From Diplonema japonicum (taxonomy: Eukaryota > Protista > Euglenozoa: Diplonemea), in the NCBI GenBank assembly GCA_964019335.1, contig OZ025703.1:451001-515000 (forward strand): DNA of 64,000 bases, read 5' to 3'. The notes beneath the pieces were generated by a model that was not told the origin of the DNA, did not search any database, and worked only from the letters and a program-made list of their open reading frames with translations. The first letter of the stretch is position 1. Each line of letters opens with the position of its first letter. Below, piece after piece: positions 38,429 through 48,774 of this stretch. The position numbers and the translations under genes were made by a program.

Positions 38429-39738
38429 ATGGCAATGGACAGAATCGAGGCAGAGGTGGAGTCGTCGAAGCTGACGATCGGGACCATGCTGCAGGTGCCA
38501 CCTTCCGAGTTTTACGCAGAGGTGAAAATGACAAAAGGTAAAGATGGGTTTGGGTTCGGGTTCACGGACTCCTTGGTGGTGAATGTATGCATACTACAAT
38601 ACTCAAAAACACCTTGCAGACCGTAACGCCGAACGGCGCGGCTCAGAAAGGCGGCCTCGATCACTATTTGGGGTGGGCCATCACTCATGTGAACAACATC
38701 CGGGTAGCAACGAAAGAAGAATTTAGTGCCAACATGGGGAAGGCTGAGGTGCGGCTACGCCTTGAGAACGCGAAAGAGTTCCACATGGACCCTACCGAGT
38801 CCCCCGAAGAGCAGGTTAAGCGGCTACTAGCAAAGTTGGTAAACACCAAGCGCGACCACAGCGCACAAATAGAATTCCTTCTTCATTGGTTGGACAAGTA
38901 TAACGTATGACGCTTAAGACACCCTCACACACCCTGCAGAGTATAGAGGAAGAGCTTGAGAAGAGACTCGAGGAGCTAAAGCGGGAGACGAAGGACCAGA
39001 AACAGGAGCACTCGCAGTTGAAGAAAGTGAAGAAACAAACGGAGTCCTCGCGAGTTGGTACCCTTGCTAACTTTGTGAATTTCAGTTCGGGTGAGTGATC
39101 CCCTTTCTGCCCTGATTGGTTTTATTGATTCGCAAGCAACCCAACTTTACACCGCACAGCAAATGGAGAATGGTGAGTTCAGCAGCAGTAAAAAGTTAGA
39201 GGAAGTAAAATGTCTGTACAAGTCGAAGCTGCCTGCGCTCAGCAAGGAGGAGGGCATCGGGGATACCATGAGCGTGGGGACGGCGACGAGCAACGCCAGC
39301 TTCTTAGGTGGAAAGCGATGGTGCTATAGCGAGTTGGCGCATCAGGACACGAACTCGAACCTACTTCGCAAGAACTGGATGGATAAGCAGCAGCAAAGCA
39401 AAGCTGAGATCGATGTGAAAGAAAGGAAGAAGAACCTTTTGCACAAACACCGCCTCAGCACCGTGCCTTCAAAGAACCAAGTGACGGCAGAGGACCTCTT
39501 GAGGGAGATCCAGAAGTGGACAAGGAAGTTAGAAAACTGCAAGACGGAGCTAGACCACCGTAGGCGAGAATATTACCATGTTCTGCTGGGTGGCGACCCC
39601 CTCGACTCCTCCCACGAGGAGGAGTTCGACTCCGACGTTGAGCATGACTACAGTGATCAGCATAGGCTATTCATCGAGGACGGTGTCACTGCAGACTGCA
39701 ACACTGATTTCGAGCCTTCAGTGCCTGCTATTGACTGA
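38429..39738 (+). CDS. PDZ-domain coiled-coil protein
   Basis: KGKDGFGFGF..VTPNGAAQKGGL...ITHVNN PDZ signature; introns 38585-38619, 38905-38939 and (less certain) 39058-39085. Confidence 0.7.
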
Positions 39739-40050
39739 CGCTCGCTACGTCACTGTTCCCGCCTTCAGCCGCCTTAGTATTTCAGAAGACAAGGTTAGTT
39801 TTTCTGTGTAGTAAAATTCTCATGTGCTTCGGTCAGTGCCTTGTCTTCTGAAAGGTGATGGGATACCCAAAGCCCCTCCAGTGACCTTGCTTTTTAATTT
39901 CTATAGTCTCCAATTTTCCCAGCGAGGCCCCCGTCGTGACTCAGTAAGGAGGGGTGGTGTTTTATTATGCTGGATAAAGGGGTGAGGGATTGGAGGGCAC
40001 CTGCGGGGTGCAGGTGGCGGCGGTGGCTGTTCAGCTCATCGATTACTGGG

Positions 40051-40623
40051 ATGACAGTCAAGGTGGTGCCGTGTACCAGCGCTAGCGAGGAGATTTTATC
40101 GTGTAGCAGCAGAAAACCACGTAAGAGGTTAGTGCCATCAGCACCGAAGAAGAGCACATTAACTCTTCCCCGAGATGTCTTTGCTGTCATCTTTTCATGC
40201 CTCACTGTCCGAGAGCTAGGTTTGTGCTCTTGTGTATGCAGTTCGTGGTCCGCCCTGTCCAGCTCAGACGATGTGTGGTTGCCTTATGCCTCGGACACCA
40301 CCTTGCTGCAATCCTTGCAGTACCTCCCACCTTCGTCTCTCCCCTCGGGACAAAAACAACGTTTTAAAACCCTGTTGGCCCAGTACGAGATGCTGGTAGG
40401 CACCAAATACAACGAGAAGGTGAAGAAGCCAAGGTGGAACCTGCACTCGAGCAGGCTTGCCCACCGCAGGATTAAAACGGCACAGCGTTATATTGCGAAA
40501 TACAAAGAAGAGACTTCCAAGATGCAAGAAAAGGCGAGGAATGTGCAGCAGTCCTTGCAGGAGTCCAATGACCTTGCCCTGTGGTTTGCCGACAGGCCAT
40601 TCCCCAAGTTTGCTGGCGACTAG
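40051..40623 (+). CDS. F-box protein
   Basis: LPRDVFAVIFSCLTVRELGLCSCVCSSWSALSSSDDVW. Confidence 0.8.
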   Translation: MTVKVVPCTSASEEILSCSSRKPRKRLVPSAPKKSTLTLPRDVFAVIFSCLTVRELGLCSCVCSSWSALSSSDDVWLPYASDTTLLQSLQYLPPSSLPSGQKQRFKTLLAQYEMLVGTKYNEKVKKPRWNLHSSRLAHRRIKTAQRYIAKYKEETSKMQEKARNVQQSLQESNDLALWFADRPFPKFAGD

Positions 40624-40716
40624 CGACACAACACGACCACTCTTTTCTAAGAGTGCAGCCCTTTGCTTTACTTCTTCTTTTTGTTTTTTTCAACGTTACA
40701 ATTCAAGCAGCTGGGA

Positions 40717-42081
40717 ATGGGCACCATGTCCGAGGACGAGCTGGCTGCCATGTTCAGGGCTGTCAATGGCGGCAAAGCGATTCAGTATGCAGAGGCACGG
40801 CAGCTCTTAGAAAAGGTTAAGCCGGCACACGTGGAATATGCGAGTGACCTTTTTAACATCTCTGATATGGATCACAACAAGCTGATCGACGAGCGTGAAT
40901 TCATCGAAGTGATGGGTGCTGCGCTCGTACGGCTGGGCGCTGTTGTGGACAGCACGATGGGTATCGTGGCTGGCACTGAGCAGCAAAACACAGCAGTTGT
41001 GGTGACAGACGAGCAGCGTGCGATCTACGAGGCGATGTTCCACATCGTTGACACAGACGCGAGCAGCAGCATCACGAAGAACGAGTTCCGTGAAATGATG
41101 TCCATCCTGCTGCCCAATGCCACCGACCAGGACCTACTAGTGGGGTTCATGGCAGCTGACGACGACGGGTCGAAGGACGTGGATGTCACGGAGTTCGTAG
41201 AGTTCATGTCGTCGATAAAGCTGAAGTGCTCTTTGAAGGAAGCGAAGGAGACGCTACACACCAGATATGTGGAGAAGAAAGTGAGACACAGCCAAGCGAT
41301 ATCCAAGTTTTCGGAGCAAAGCGAACCTGCATTGTCGCAAAAGCCTATCGACCGCCTTAGTATTGCATCACGAACCACAGCGCCCACACTGCCCGCGGCG
41401 CCGGAACCGTTGCCCGATCCTGGGATCGTTATCTTGGAGCTGGAATACAACGTCATGCAGGAGGAGGTGCGGCGGAGCGTGATTGTGACGGCAGAAGCTC
41501 AAGCAAGGAAAAGAATCGACTTCGCCATATGGGAGTACACAGAAGAGCACGGCCCTGTGCGCAGAAAGGGTCCTACATCTTACCTAGACAGAATGAACAT
41601 GCAGTGCGTTGAAGCCCACCACAGGATGCGGGTGCAGGACTGGGAGCGGCTTGAGCGTGGCGAGCTCAACCAACGCATGACATTCATGTACCTAGAGAAA
41701 GAAGAGAGGGAGGTGCTTGTTAAGGTGGCTTATCCGAACCTGCATTGGGAACCCGAACCTATCCAGTTTCCTTTGTACAGGACACAGCGCTGGGAACAGG
41801 ACACGTACCCTACGTCGCTCGGAAGACAGTCGCCCCGCTTCTCGCCTTCGTTGGAGGAGACGCCTCCACCCTCTACACCACCCTCGGGTATTAAAATGTC
41901 CCTCCCTCGGTCGCCCTACTCTCCTGTGCCTGGCTCCTGGGATGGGGTGTCAGGCATCACTCAACCAGTTCCCAACCCCCCCGTCCCTCTGCCACCTTAT
42001 ATACAAAGGGAGGCTCTCCCAGACACTCTTATTTCAAATTTAGAGAAAATGTACCAACCAGTAAACCACATAAGGTGGTGA
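40717..42081 (+). CDS. EF-hand calcium-binding protein with a proline-rich tail
   Basis: EF loops DMDHNKLIDERE, DTDASSSITKNE, DDDGSKDVDVTE. Confidence 0.85.
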   Translation: MGTMSEDELAAMFRAVNGGKAIQYAEARQLLEKVKPAHVEYASDLFNISDMDHNKLIDEREFIEVMGAALVRLGAVVDSTMGIVAGTEQQNTAVVVTDEQRAIYEAMFHIVDTDASSSITKNEFREMMSILLPNATDQDLLVGFMAADDDGSKDVDVTEFVEFMSSIKLKCSLKEAKETLHTRYVEKKVRHSQAISKFSEQSEPALSQKPIDRLSIASRTTAPTLPAAPEPLPDPGIVILELEYNVMQEEVRRSVIVTAEAQARKRIDFAIWEYTEEHGPVRRKGPTSYLDRMNMQCVEAHHRMRVQDWERLERGELNQRMTFMYLEKEEREVLVKVAYPNLHWEPEPIQFPLYRTQRWEQDTYPTSLGRQSPRFSPSLEETPPPSTPPSGIKMSLPRSPYSPVPGSWDGVSGITQPVPNPPVPLPPYIQREALPDTLISNLEKMYQPVNHIRW

Positions 42082-42142
42082 CTTGCATTTCTCTTAAAAG
42101 CCTTGTGCGCAACAACCCTAGAAACAGGTGATGAGATGAAGT

Positions 42143-43291
42143 ATGTTGCGTGCAACCCGTGTACTGCAAACTCCCTTGTTTAGAAAAGATGTACAAGCAA
42201 GCTCGAGAGTCAAAGAGCTTGTGAATAGAAAAGGTTTGGGGAAGGGCTCTGTTCTGAGGTTTATCAAAATGGCTGTGGAAGAGGGACACGAGCCGCAGGG
42301 AGTCACCTACAGCTGGTGTATGCAAGTGGAATTTGATAGGCATGGTATTCAAAAGGCTCTGAGGGTTTATGAAGACATGTTGGATAGAGGGGTGCAGCCG
42401 AGCGCTATAAGTTACGAGAAGCTTCTGTCTATGCACAGCAAGCTGAAAGATATCGACACATGCAAAGCCATCATCAGGAGGATGAAGGAGTACAATGTGC
42501 AAATCACGATACGAGCATTGAACAGTCTGCTGAAGTGCATGATGTTGACAAACGACCCTAATACGGAGTCCTTTAGGTACGAGTTGATGAAGGACAAGTT
42601 GGCAGCTACACCCAACAAGTTTACATGGGTACTGCTCGTGCGAGCTTGCAGCAACCTCTACGACGCGGACTACACGTTGGACGTGATGAGAAAAGAGAAT
42701 GCAAAGAAGCGTCCGGAACACCAGGTATTCCCAGATGAGGAAGAGTTGTTGAAGTCGATTCTGCAAGTCTGTCAGAAAGATGAAAAATGGGGTTTAGTCC
42801 GCTGCGAGCAGGAGGTGAGCAAGCTGACGATCAACACGGCCAAGGTCTGGTGTGCCGTCATGATGGTGTACTACAAGGCACGGAAATACAACAAAGTTCA
42901 CAGCACATGGGAGGACATGCTTTCCCGTGCAGTGCAGCCCAATGCCAGCACCCTTCTCGTCCTGCTCAAGAGTTACAAAGCTATTGCTAAGCTACCTTTT
43001 GTATCAGACAAATCATCTACCATCTCTAAGACCCTAGCAGCCCTTAGTGCACATCACGGGAATACTGTCACCGTGCACTGGGAGCACGCACTCGAGATTT
43101 GCACAGCCGGTACACAAGCAGATGTTTTGGATCTACGGCATCTCATGATGTTGGTGAGGAAGGACACTAGAGCGCTTCAGGCAGCTTTCAACGAACACCT
43201 GACAAAGCCCCTTGAGGCGGATGGTGCTGCGTCTCCCTTTTTCGACGCTCCTTATTCTGTGCTCACGCAAATGCCAAAAGAAAATATATAA
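42143..43291 (+). CDS. Pentatricopeptide-repeat protein, probably mitochondrial
   Basis: ALRVYEDMLDRGVQPSAISYEKLL, TWEDMLSRAVQPNASTL, PNKFTWVLLVRAC repeats; MLRATRVL presequence-like start. Confidence 0.8.
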   Translation: MLRATRVLQTPLFRKDVQASSRVKELVNRKGLGKGSVLRFIKMAVEEGHEPQGVTYSWCMQVEFDRHGIQKALRVYEDMLDRGVQPSAISYEKLLSMHSKLKDIDTCKAIIRRMKEYNVQITIRALNSLLKCMMLTNDPNTESFRYELMKDKLAATPNKFTWVLLVRACSNLYDADYTLDVMRKENAKKRPEHQVFPDEEELLKSILQVCQKDEKWGLVRCEQEVSKLTINTAKVWCAVMMVYYKARKYNKVHSTWEDMLSRAVQPNASTLLVLLKSYKAIAKLPFVSDKSSTISKTLAALSAHHGNTVTVHWEHALEICTAGTQADVLDLRHLMMLVRKDTRALQAAFNEHLTKPLEADGAASPFFDAPYSVLTQMPKENI

Positions 43292-43332
43292 CCCCACCCG
43301 CAGGATTACACTTAAGATAAAGAGGATTACAC

Positions 43333-44631
43333 ATGGGAAACCTTTGCTTGACAAGAGCTGGAAAGAGCGACCTGCGCGACTTGCGCGACTTTGAAGGGAA
43401 ACGCGTTGAGAAGGAGGACGATGAGATTATTAGGTATGTTTTTCTTTCAGAATGAAAAAACGCACGTTGCCACAGTGGGCTTATCTCGCGGCGAAACCCC
43501 TTAGAGGTCTTCACGTTCAAGAGGCGGCTGGGCAAGGGGTGCTTCGGTGAGGTGTGGGAGGCGGTGGACAACAGGGACGATTTCATAGTTGCTATTAAGT
43601 TAGTCAATCTTTTGAACGAAGAGGACAGCAAGCACGTGGTGTACGAAGCTGCTGCGATGCTGCTGTGCCAAAAGCATCCCAACATAGTTGAGGTCTATGG
43701 TCTGTATTCGGACTTTGCTTGGAACCAGCTATGCGTGTTCAACGGCCCAAGGATGTGGATTGTGCAGGAGAACATTGGGAGCACTGAGCCGGCATCACTG
43801 CTGACGCTCCTGACCGACAAGGAAGCCAACAAGATGACCACCTCCGTCGAGGACGTTAATGTATGCCGGCCAACAGGACCCAAAGCATCTACACTCCAGG
43901 CCGTTCTGAAGCAGTGCAGCTCTGCGTTCGCCCACATGCACTCCAAGGGTGTAATCCACAGAGACATCAAGCCCGAGAACATCATGATCGACAGCAACAA
44001 CACAATCAAGGTACGTCTACCCTTCCTTCGTGAGTGAGGTAGCTTGTGGCTCCTCGTCCGTAACGGGAAAAAAATAAATAAAAATAGATTATCGATTTCG
44101 GCAGTGCTCTGATCTTACCAGAGGGAAGTGACTCAGCACCGTGTGCCAGCATTGTGGGCTCATGGCCGTACATCGCACCAGAGGCGTATCAAGGAGAGTA
44201 CTGGAAGCAGGTGTGCTAGATGTTCATGACAAACCGCTTACCTACAGGGTGATGTCTTCAGTCTTGGGTGTGTTGCAGTTGAGTTGTGGCTAGGAAAGGA
44301 CAAAGGCGCTTTGGAGCTGGTTAAGGGAGGTGACGGCGAGACGCCGCTACTTCAAGAAAAGGCGATGGACTTGATGGAGGCAGAGACAGAGGAGGAGAGG
44401 GGACAAGCGATCAGGCAGCTGACCAACTGCATCACTGACGTGCTGCTGAAGGAGGCTGTCGCTCGTTTGACTAAAAAAGCGACGGCGGCAACGCTCGTCA
44501 CCAAAAAGGAGTTTCGTGGACAGGCCAGGCGCTTGAAGGATTTGCTGCTGCTGATGCTTAACAGCAACCACGGGAAGAGGATTACAATGGACGCAGTGGT
44601 ACAGCAGCTGGAGGAAATTACACTTAAATAG
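43333..44631 (+). CDS. Ser/Thr protein kinase with an MGNLC acylation-type N-terminus
   Basis: GKGCFGEV, VAIK, HRDIKPEN, DFG, YIAPE, DVFSLG assembled via introns 43434-43475, 44011-44087, 44211-44247. Confidence 0.9.
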
Positions 44632-44702
44632 ACTTCAAATTGCGGTTTTCTTTCCTTTTATATTTAGTTCCCATTCCACCTCAACATGGCACCTCCAGGA
44701 GT

Positions 44703-45050
44703 ATGTCGTGTCCTACTGATGACAGGGACATTCATGAACCATCAGAGTCGCTAGTGCTCCACGCGGATGGTGATTTTTCGGAGAAGATGTCTGCCTGTGC
44801 TGCCCGGCCAATAAGAGGTCATACAGATGCTGACAAGTGGGACCAGTTGTACAGTGAAGAACACAACAAGTACTACTGGTACGACACCACGATGAGTCAG
44901 CTGCCTTCGTGGACACTGGAGCAGCCTACACCTCAGATGGTATGGACATACAAATATGTCCAATGACAATAAATACAGGTTCGGACGCGGGGGACTCGTG
45001 GGCAGTACAAAACGGGGCGGTCTTACTCGAATTCCTTTTACGTGACATGA
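44703..45050 (+). CDS. Small WW-domain protein
   Basis: WDQLYSEEHNKYYWYDTTMSQLPSW; intron 44940-44978; start codon uncertain. Confidence 0.6.
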
Positions 45051-45098
45051 GTCAGGCAGAATAGAGCGGTGTTGTTTTTTTCTTTCTTTTTTTGGGTA

Positions 45099-45165
45099 GA
45101 TAAGTAGAGACAAGGGGACGTTCCAGAACAGGAACCTCTTTTATCTCATCTCTTTTTTTTCCCTT
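45099..45165 (+). repeat. Dispersed ~70-nt hairpin element, copy 1
   Basis: GATAAGTAGAGAC..GGACGTTCCA(G/A)AACAGGAACCTC..TCTCATCTC-Tn-CCCTT, shared with 51751-51824. Confidence 0.8.
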
Positions 45166-45509
45166 TTGTTTCAAAAGAAGCGCTTTGTGTGTATCCAGCC
45201 GTCATTCATGTTTCCTTGTAGTCCTCGGTGTGAATTCACATTGGGGCGCATCGATTTTTTCCTTTTTTCTTTCCTTTTCTTTTTCTCTTTTCTCTCTGAT
45301 ATGGCGAATTCGACAATAAGTTGTGATCGCCACCTCGGGGGAGAAAAAGGCTGCTGCTTGCGTTATTCTTTAATAGCATGGTGCAAGAATTGCCCTGCTA
45401 TCCTTAGGGTTTGGGTCAACTCGGCCCTTTTGAACATCGTTCCCCCCCTCCCCCCGTTCTTCACCACACCTGTTTTCATCTTCTTCAAGAACGTGAGTGT
45501 CACTACAGT

Positions 45510-46019
45510 ATGAAGAGTAAAAATGAGAGCAAAAAAAAAATAGAAGTGTGTGATGCGTTGCTGGAGAAGAAGAGGTTGGAGCTTCAGCAGGTAATCAACA
45601 AGCTTGAAGGGTGCATGGTGCTCAGGTCCACGACGCGAGAAGTGGACATGGGGATGGGAGAGTACCTGCGATCAGCTGTTGAGGGCGCGAAGAACCATGA
45701 GGCGATGGTTGCTTGCGATGTACAAGAAGAGTACAGCACCGCAGATGAATGGGTGGACGCAGGTAGAGATTGTGAATCCCAACAGCAGCCAGGCCTTATG
45801 ACACCTGCTACAAAGTACCTACACACGACAGCCGATATCCTCTTAACATCTTTGGAGGAACATAAACAAGAGGTTCACACGTTGGTTCGTTCCCGTACCC
45901 CGCCCCCTCCTCCCACCCCGTCCCACCCTCCTGCAAACCCGCCCTTCTATGCCGCCGTCGCACTCTTTGTACAGCTGGCCGTGTCCATTATTGTTTATTA
46001 CCTGTTGCCCTACTTGTAG
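45510..46019 (+). CDS. Putative tail-anchored coiled-coil protein
   Basis: Coding-like ORF ending in hydrophobic FYAAVALFVQLAVSIIVYYLLPYL; start uncertain. Confidence 0.55.
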   Translation: MKSKNESKKKIEVCDALLEKKRLELQQVINKLEGCMVLRSTTREVDMGMGEYLRSAVEGAKNHEAMVACDVQEEYSTADEWVDAGRDCESQQQPGLMTPATKYLHTTADILLTSLEEHKQEVHTLVRSRTPPPPPTPSHPPANPPFYAAVALFVQLAVSIIVYYLLPYL

Positions 46020-46099
46020 TTCCTTTGATATATGTTGCGGGTTTTTATCGTCTTCATTATAAAAAACAAGGCGCTGGGGTGGAAAAAAAAAGGGGGGGA

Positions 46100-48642
46100 A
46101 TGGAAAGGTACGAGAAGGTGAAAGTGGTGGGGAAGGGATCCTTCGGTGCTGCGTGGCTGGTGAAGCGAAAGGCGGACGGGAAGAAGCTCATCGCGAAAGA
46201 AGTGAACATGAGCGGCATGAAGCCGAGGGAGAAGGACGAGGCGCGGAACGAGGTCAAGCTCCTGTCGCAGATACAGCACCCCAACATCACGCAGTACCAT
46301 GAGAGCTTCGAGACCACGTCGTCGCTGTTCATAGTAATGGAGTTTGCGGATGGTGGCGACATGGCAGGGAAGATCAGGGCGCAGAGAGGGATAAGAATGA
46401 AGGAGGCACAGGTCATGAACTACTTTGCGCAGATATGCCTTGCGCTCAACTACCTGCACGAAAGGCACACATTGCACAGGGACTTGAAGAGTCAGAACAT
46501 TTTTCTGACGTCCAATGGAATCGTGAAGCTGGGCGACTTCGGCATTGCAACGGTCCTTCGCAACACAATGGCGCTGGCACACACCATTTGCGGGACGCCA
46601 TATTACTTCAGCCCTGAGCTGTGTCAAAACAAGCCCTACAACAATAAGAGTGACATCTGGGCACTTGGCTGTGTGCTGTACGAGATCACAACCCTCCAAC
46701 ACGCCTTCGAAGGCCAAAACATGAAGATCTTGATGCAGAAGATCATCAAAGGCGTCTACCCACCCATCTCAAATGAGTACTCACGCGACCTGCGAAGCCT
46801 CGTCAGCCGGATGTTGTCGCGAGACCACAAGGACAGGCCCTCCATCAACTCTATCATCAAGACGCCTTACGTTCAAGGCTACATTTGCACGCTTGGGAAG
46901 ATCCTCGATCAGGGCATAGCCGACAGGAAGTCCATGGTAGACGACGAGATGAAGAAGGCTGCAAAGGTGGAAGCAAGAAACAGGATGCTTAGCAATGACA
47001 GAGAGAAGCTTCTCGCCATGGAAAGGAGAAAGCAACAAGCCGCCAGAGAGGCAGAGGAGATCCGCCGAGCACCAAAGGACATGGTACAACACGAAAGGCA
47101 GAACCTTGAGCAGAAGATGGAACGGGTACGACTTGAACAGCAACAACGGATGAAAGAGGCCCAAAGGAGAGAGATGGAGCAACAAGAAAGGAAACAGTAC
47201 GAAAAAAGGGAAGAGGCTGAGGTATGACATTACATTGCCTGTAAGCAACTGCAACAGAAGGAAAAAAAAAGAAAGCAGCGCGACGACGAACTGGAGAAGT
47301 GGAGGCAACGGTATGGGGCATGATCAAAGCCATCAACGCACCCACAGAAAGCAGCAGGAGCAAAGAGATTTGGCGCAAGAAGCAAAACGCCAGCAGCAAA
47401 ACAAGATCCGAGAAGAAAAATGGCAAAAGAACATGGAGCAGATGGAGAAAGAGGAAGAGCGAAAGAAAGAGGCAAGAATGCGTGAAGCGGAGGAACGAGC
47501 AAAGGCTGCGGGGAAGGCGTACTGGGAAATGAGAAACGCAGCGGAGCAAAACAGAAGAAAGGCGGAGAATGTGGTGGAGCAAGAGAGGTTCGGCTATAAC
47601 GACAAGCATGGCAGCCCTGTGAGCCCAGCAAGCCCACAGCAAGCAAGGGCACCTGCTAGCCCACAGCTAAGACAGAAGCAACAACCCCACCAGGGCCACA
47701 GCCACGGTTATGGAGGGCACGGGCACGGGCATGGCCATTGCCACGGGCATATCAACGAAGGCAAGAAGCAAGCCGAGGAGGAGATGGCGAAGCTGCAGCG
47801 GGAAGCCTTCTTGGACATGAAGCGTGAGGCTGCACGCAATAAGGCTAAGATAGAGGCAGGGTTGCGGGGGGACAATGTTGATGCCGCCAGCCCTCCATCA
47901 AAGGAGGCCGAGAAGGAAAGTAGGGAACCCTCACAGCCATCTCCGGAAGACAGGCGAGAAGCTTTCCTGGAAATGCGAAAAGCGGCCAAAAAGAACAAGG
48001 AGAGACTAGAGGCAGATCTTCGCGGTGGGGGGGATGTCAAGGATGACGAAGTAGACCTGGGCGATTGGGTGAACGGTGAGGCTGTTTCCCAAGGCGACGA
48101 AGGGCAGGAAGAGTGGGTCGGGGACTATAAGGTGTGCACGATATCTTGTGACCTACGAACACTAACACAGAAAATCGTCGATCACATCGAAGCTGTGAAG
48201 TCCAGCGCCACATTGCATGGCGCGGACGAAGACTTCGGCGACTCGCCTTCTCAGGACGCACAAGTAACGATGAGCAAGTTCATGTTGGACGGGAAAACTT
48301 TGCAGCTCCCCAACGTGAAGGCTGGTGACCCATTGATGTACAGGATAGAGGCCCTGAGGATGTTCCTAAGTGAAGAACTAGGCGAGGACCTCTTCCTGAA
48401 AGCATATCGAAGGTATGACACGTATAAACCCATGCACAACTAACCAAGGCTGGACGGCATAGAACAAGATACCTCTGACGCAGTGATGCAGGAGGTAGAA
48501 TCCATGTGTGGGGACAAGGTCCCGCTGCTCCAGGTGTGCCAAATTTACATATGAAGCATTGCACCTACAGCTTGTGTCCCAGCTCATGTTCTGCGAAGAC
48601 CAGTTTAACGTGCAGCAAAACAACGCAACTTTGCGCAGCTAG
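46100..48642 (+). CDS. NEK1: NIMA-related kinase, NEK1-like
   Basis: MERYEKVKVVGKGSFG, HRDLKSQNIFL, GTPYYFSPE, KSDIWALGC; coiled coil; C-terminal RIEALRMFLSEELGEDLFLKAY. Introns 47222-47257, 47311-47347, 48132-48170, 48413-48448, 48534-48570. Confidence 0.9.
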
Positions 48643-48774
48643 AATTAAGAGAACCCTTTCTTTTTTGATTTGTCTAAGCCAATGTTTAATATCCTACTGA
48701 CACTATTTATTTATTTTTGTTTTCTTTTGCGTTCTTTGTTTTGCTTAACCCATTTCACAGCCACGGGTTATAAA

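Noticed and set aside
45099-45165. SECIS interpretation of the repeated hairpin
   Set aside because: There is no AUGA/GA quartet and no in-frame TGA needing recoding in the upstream genes.
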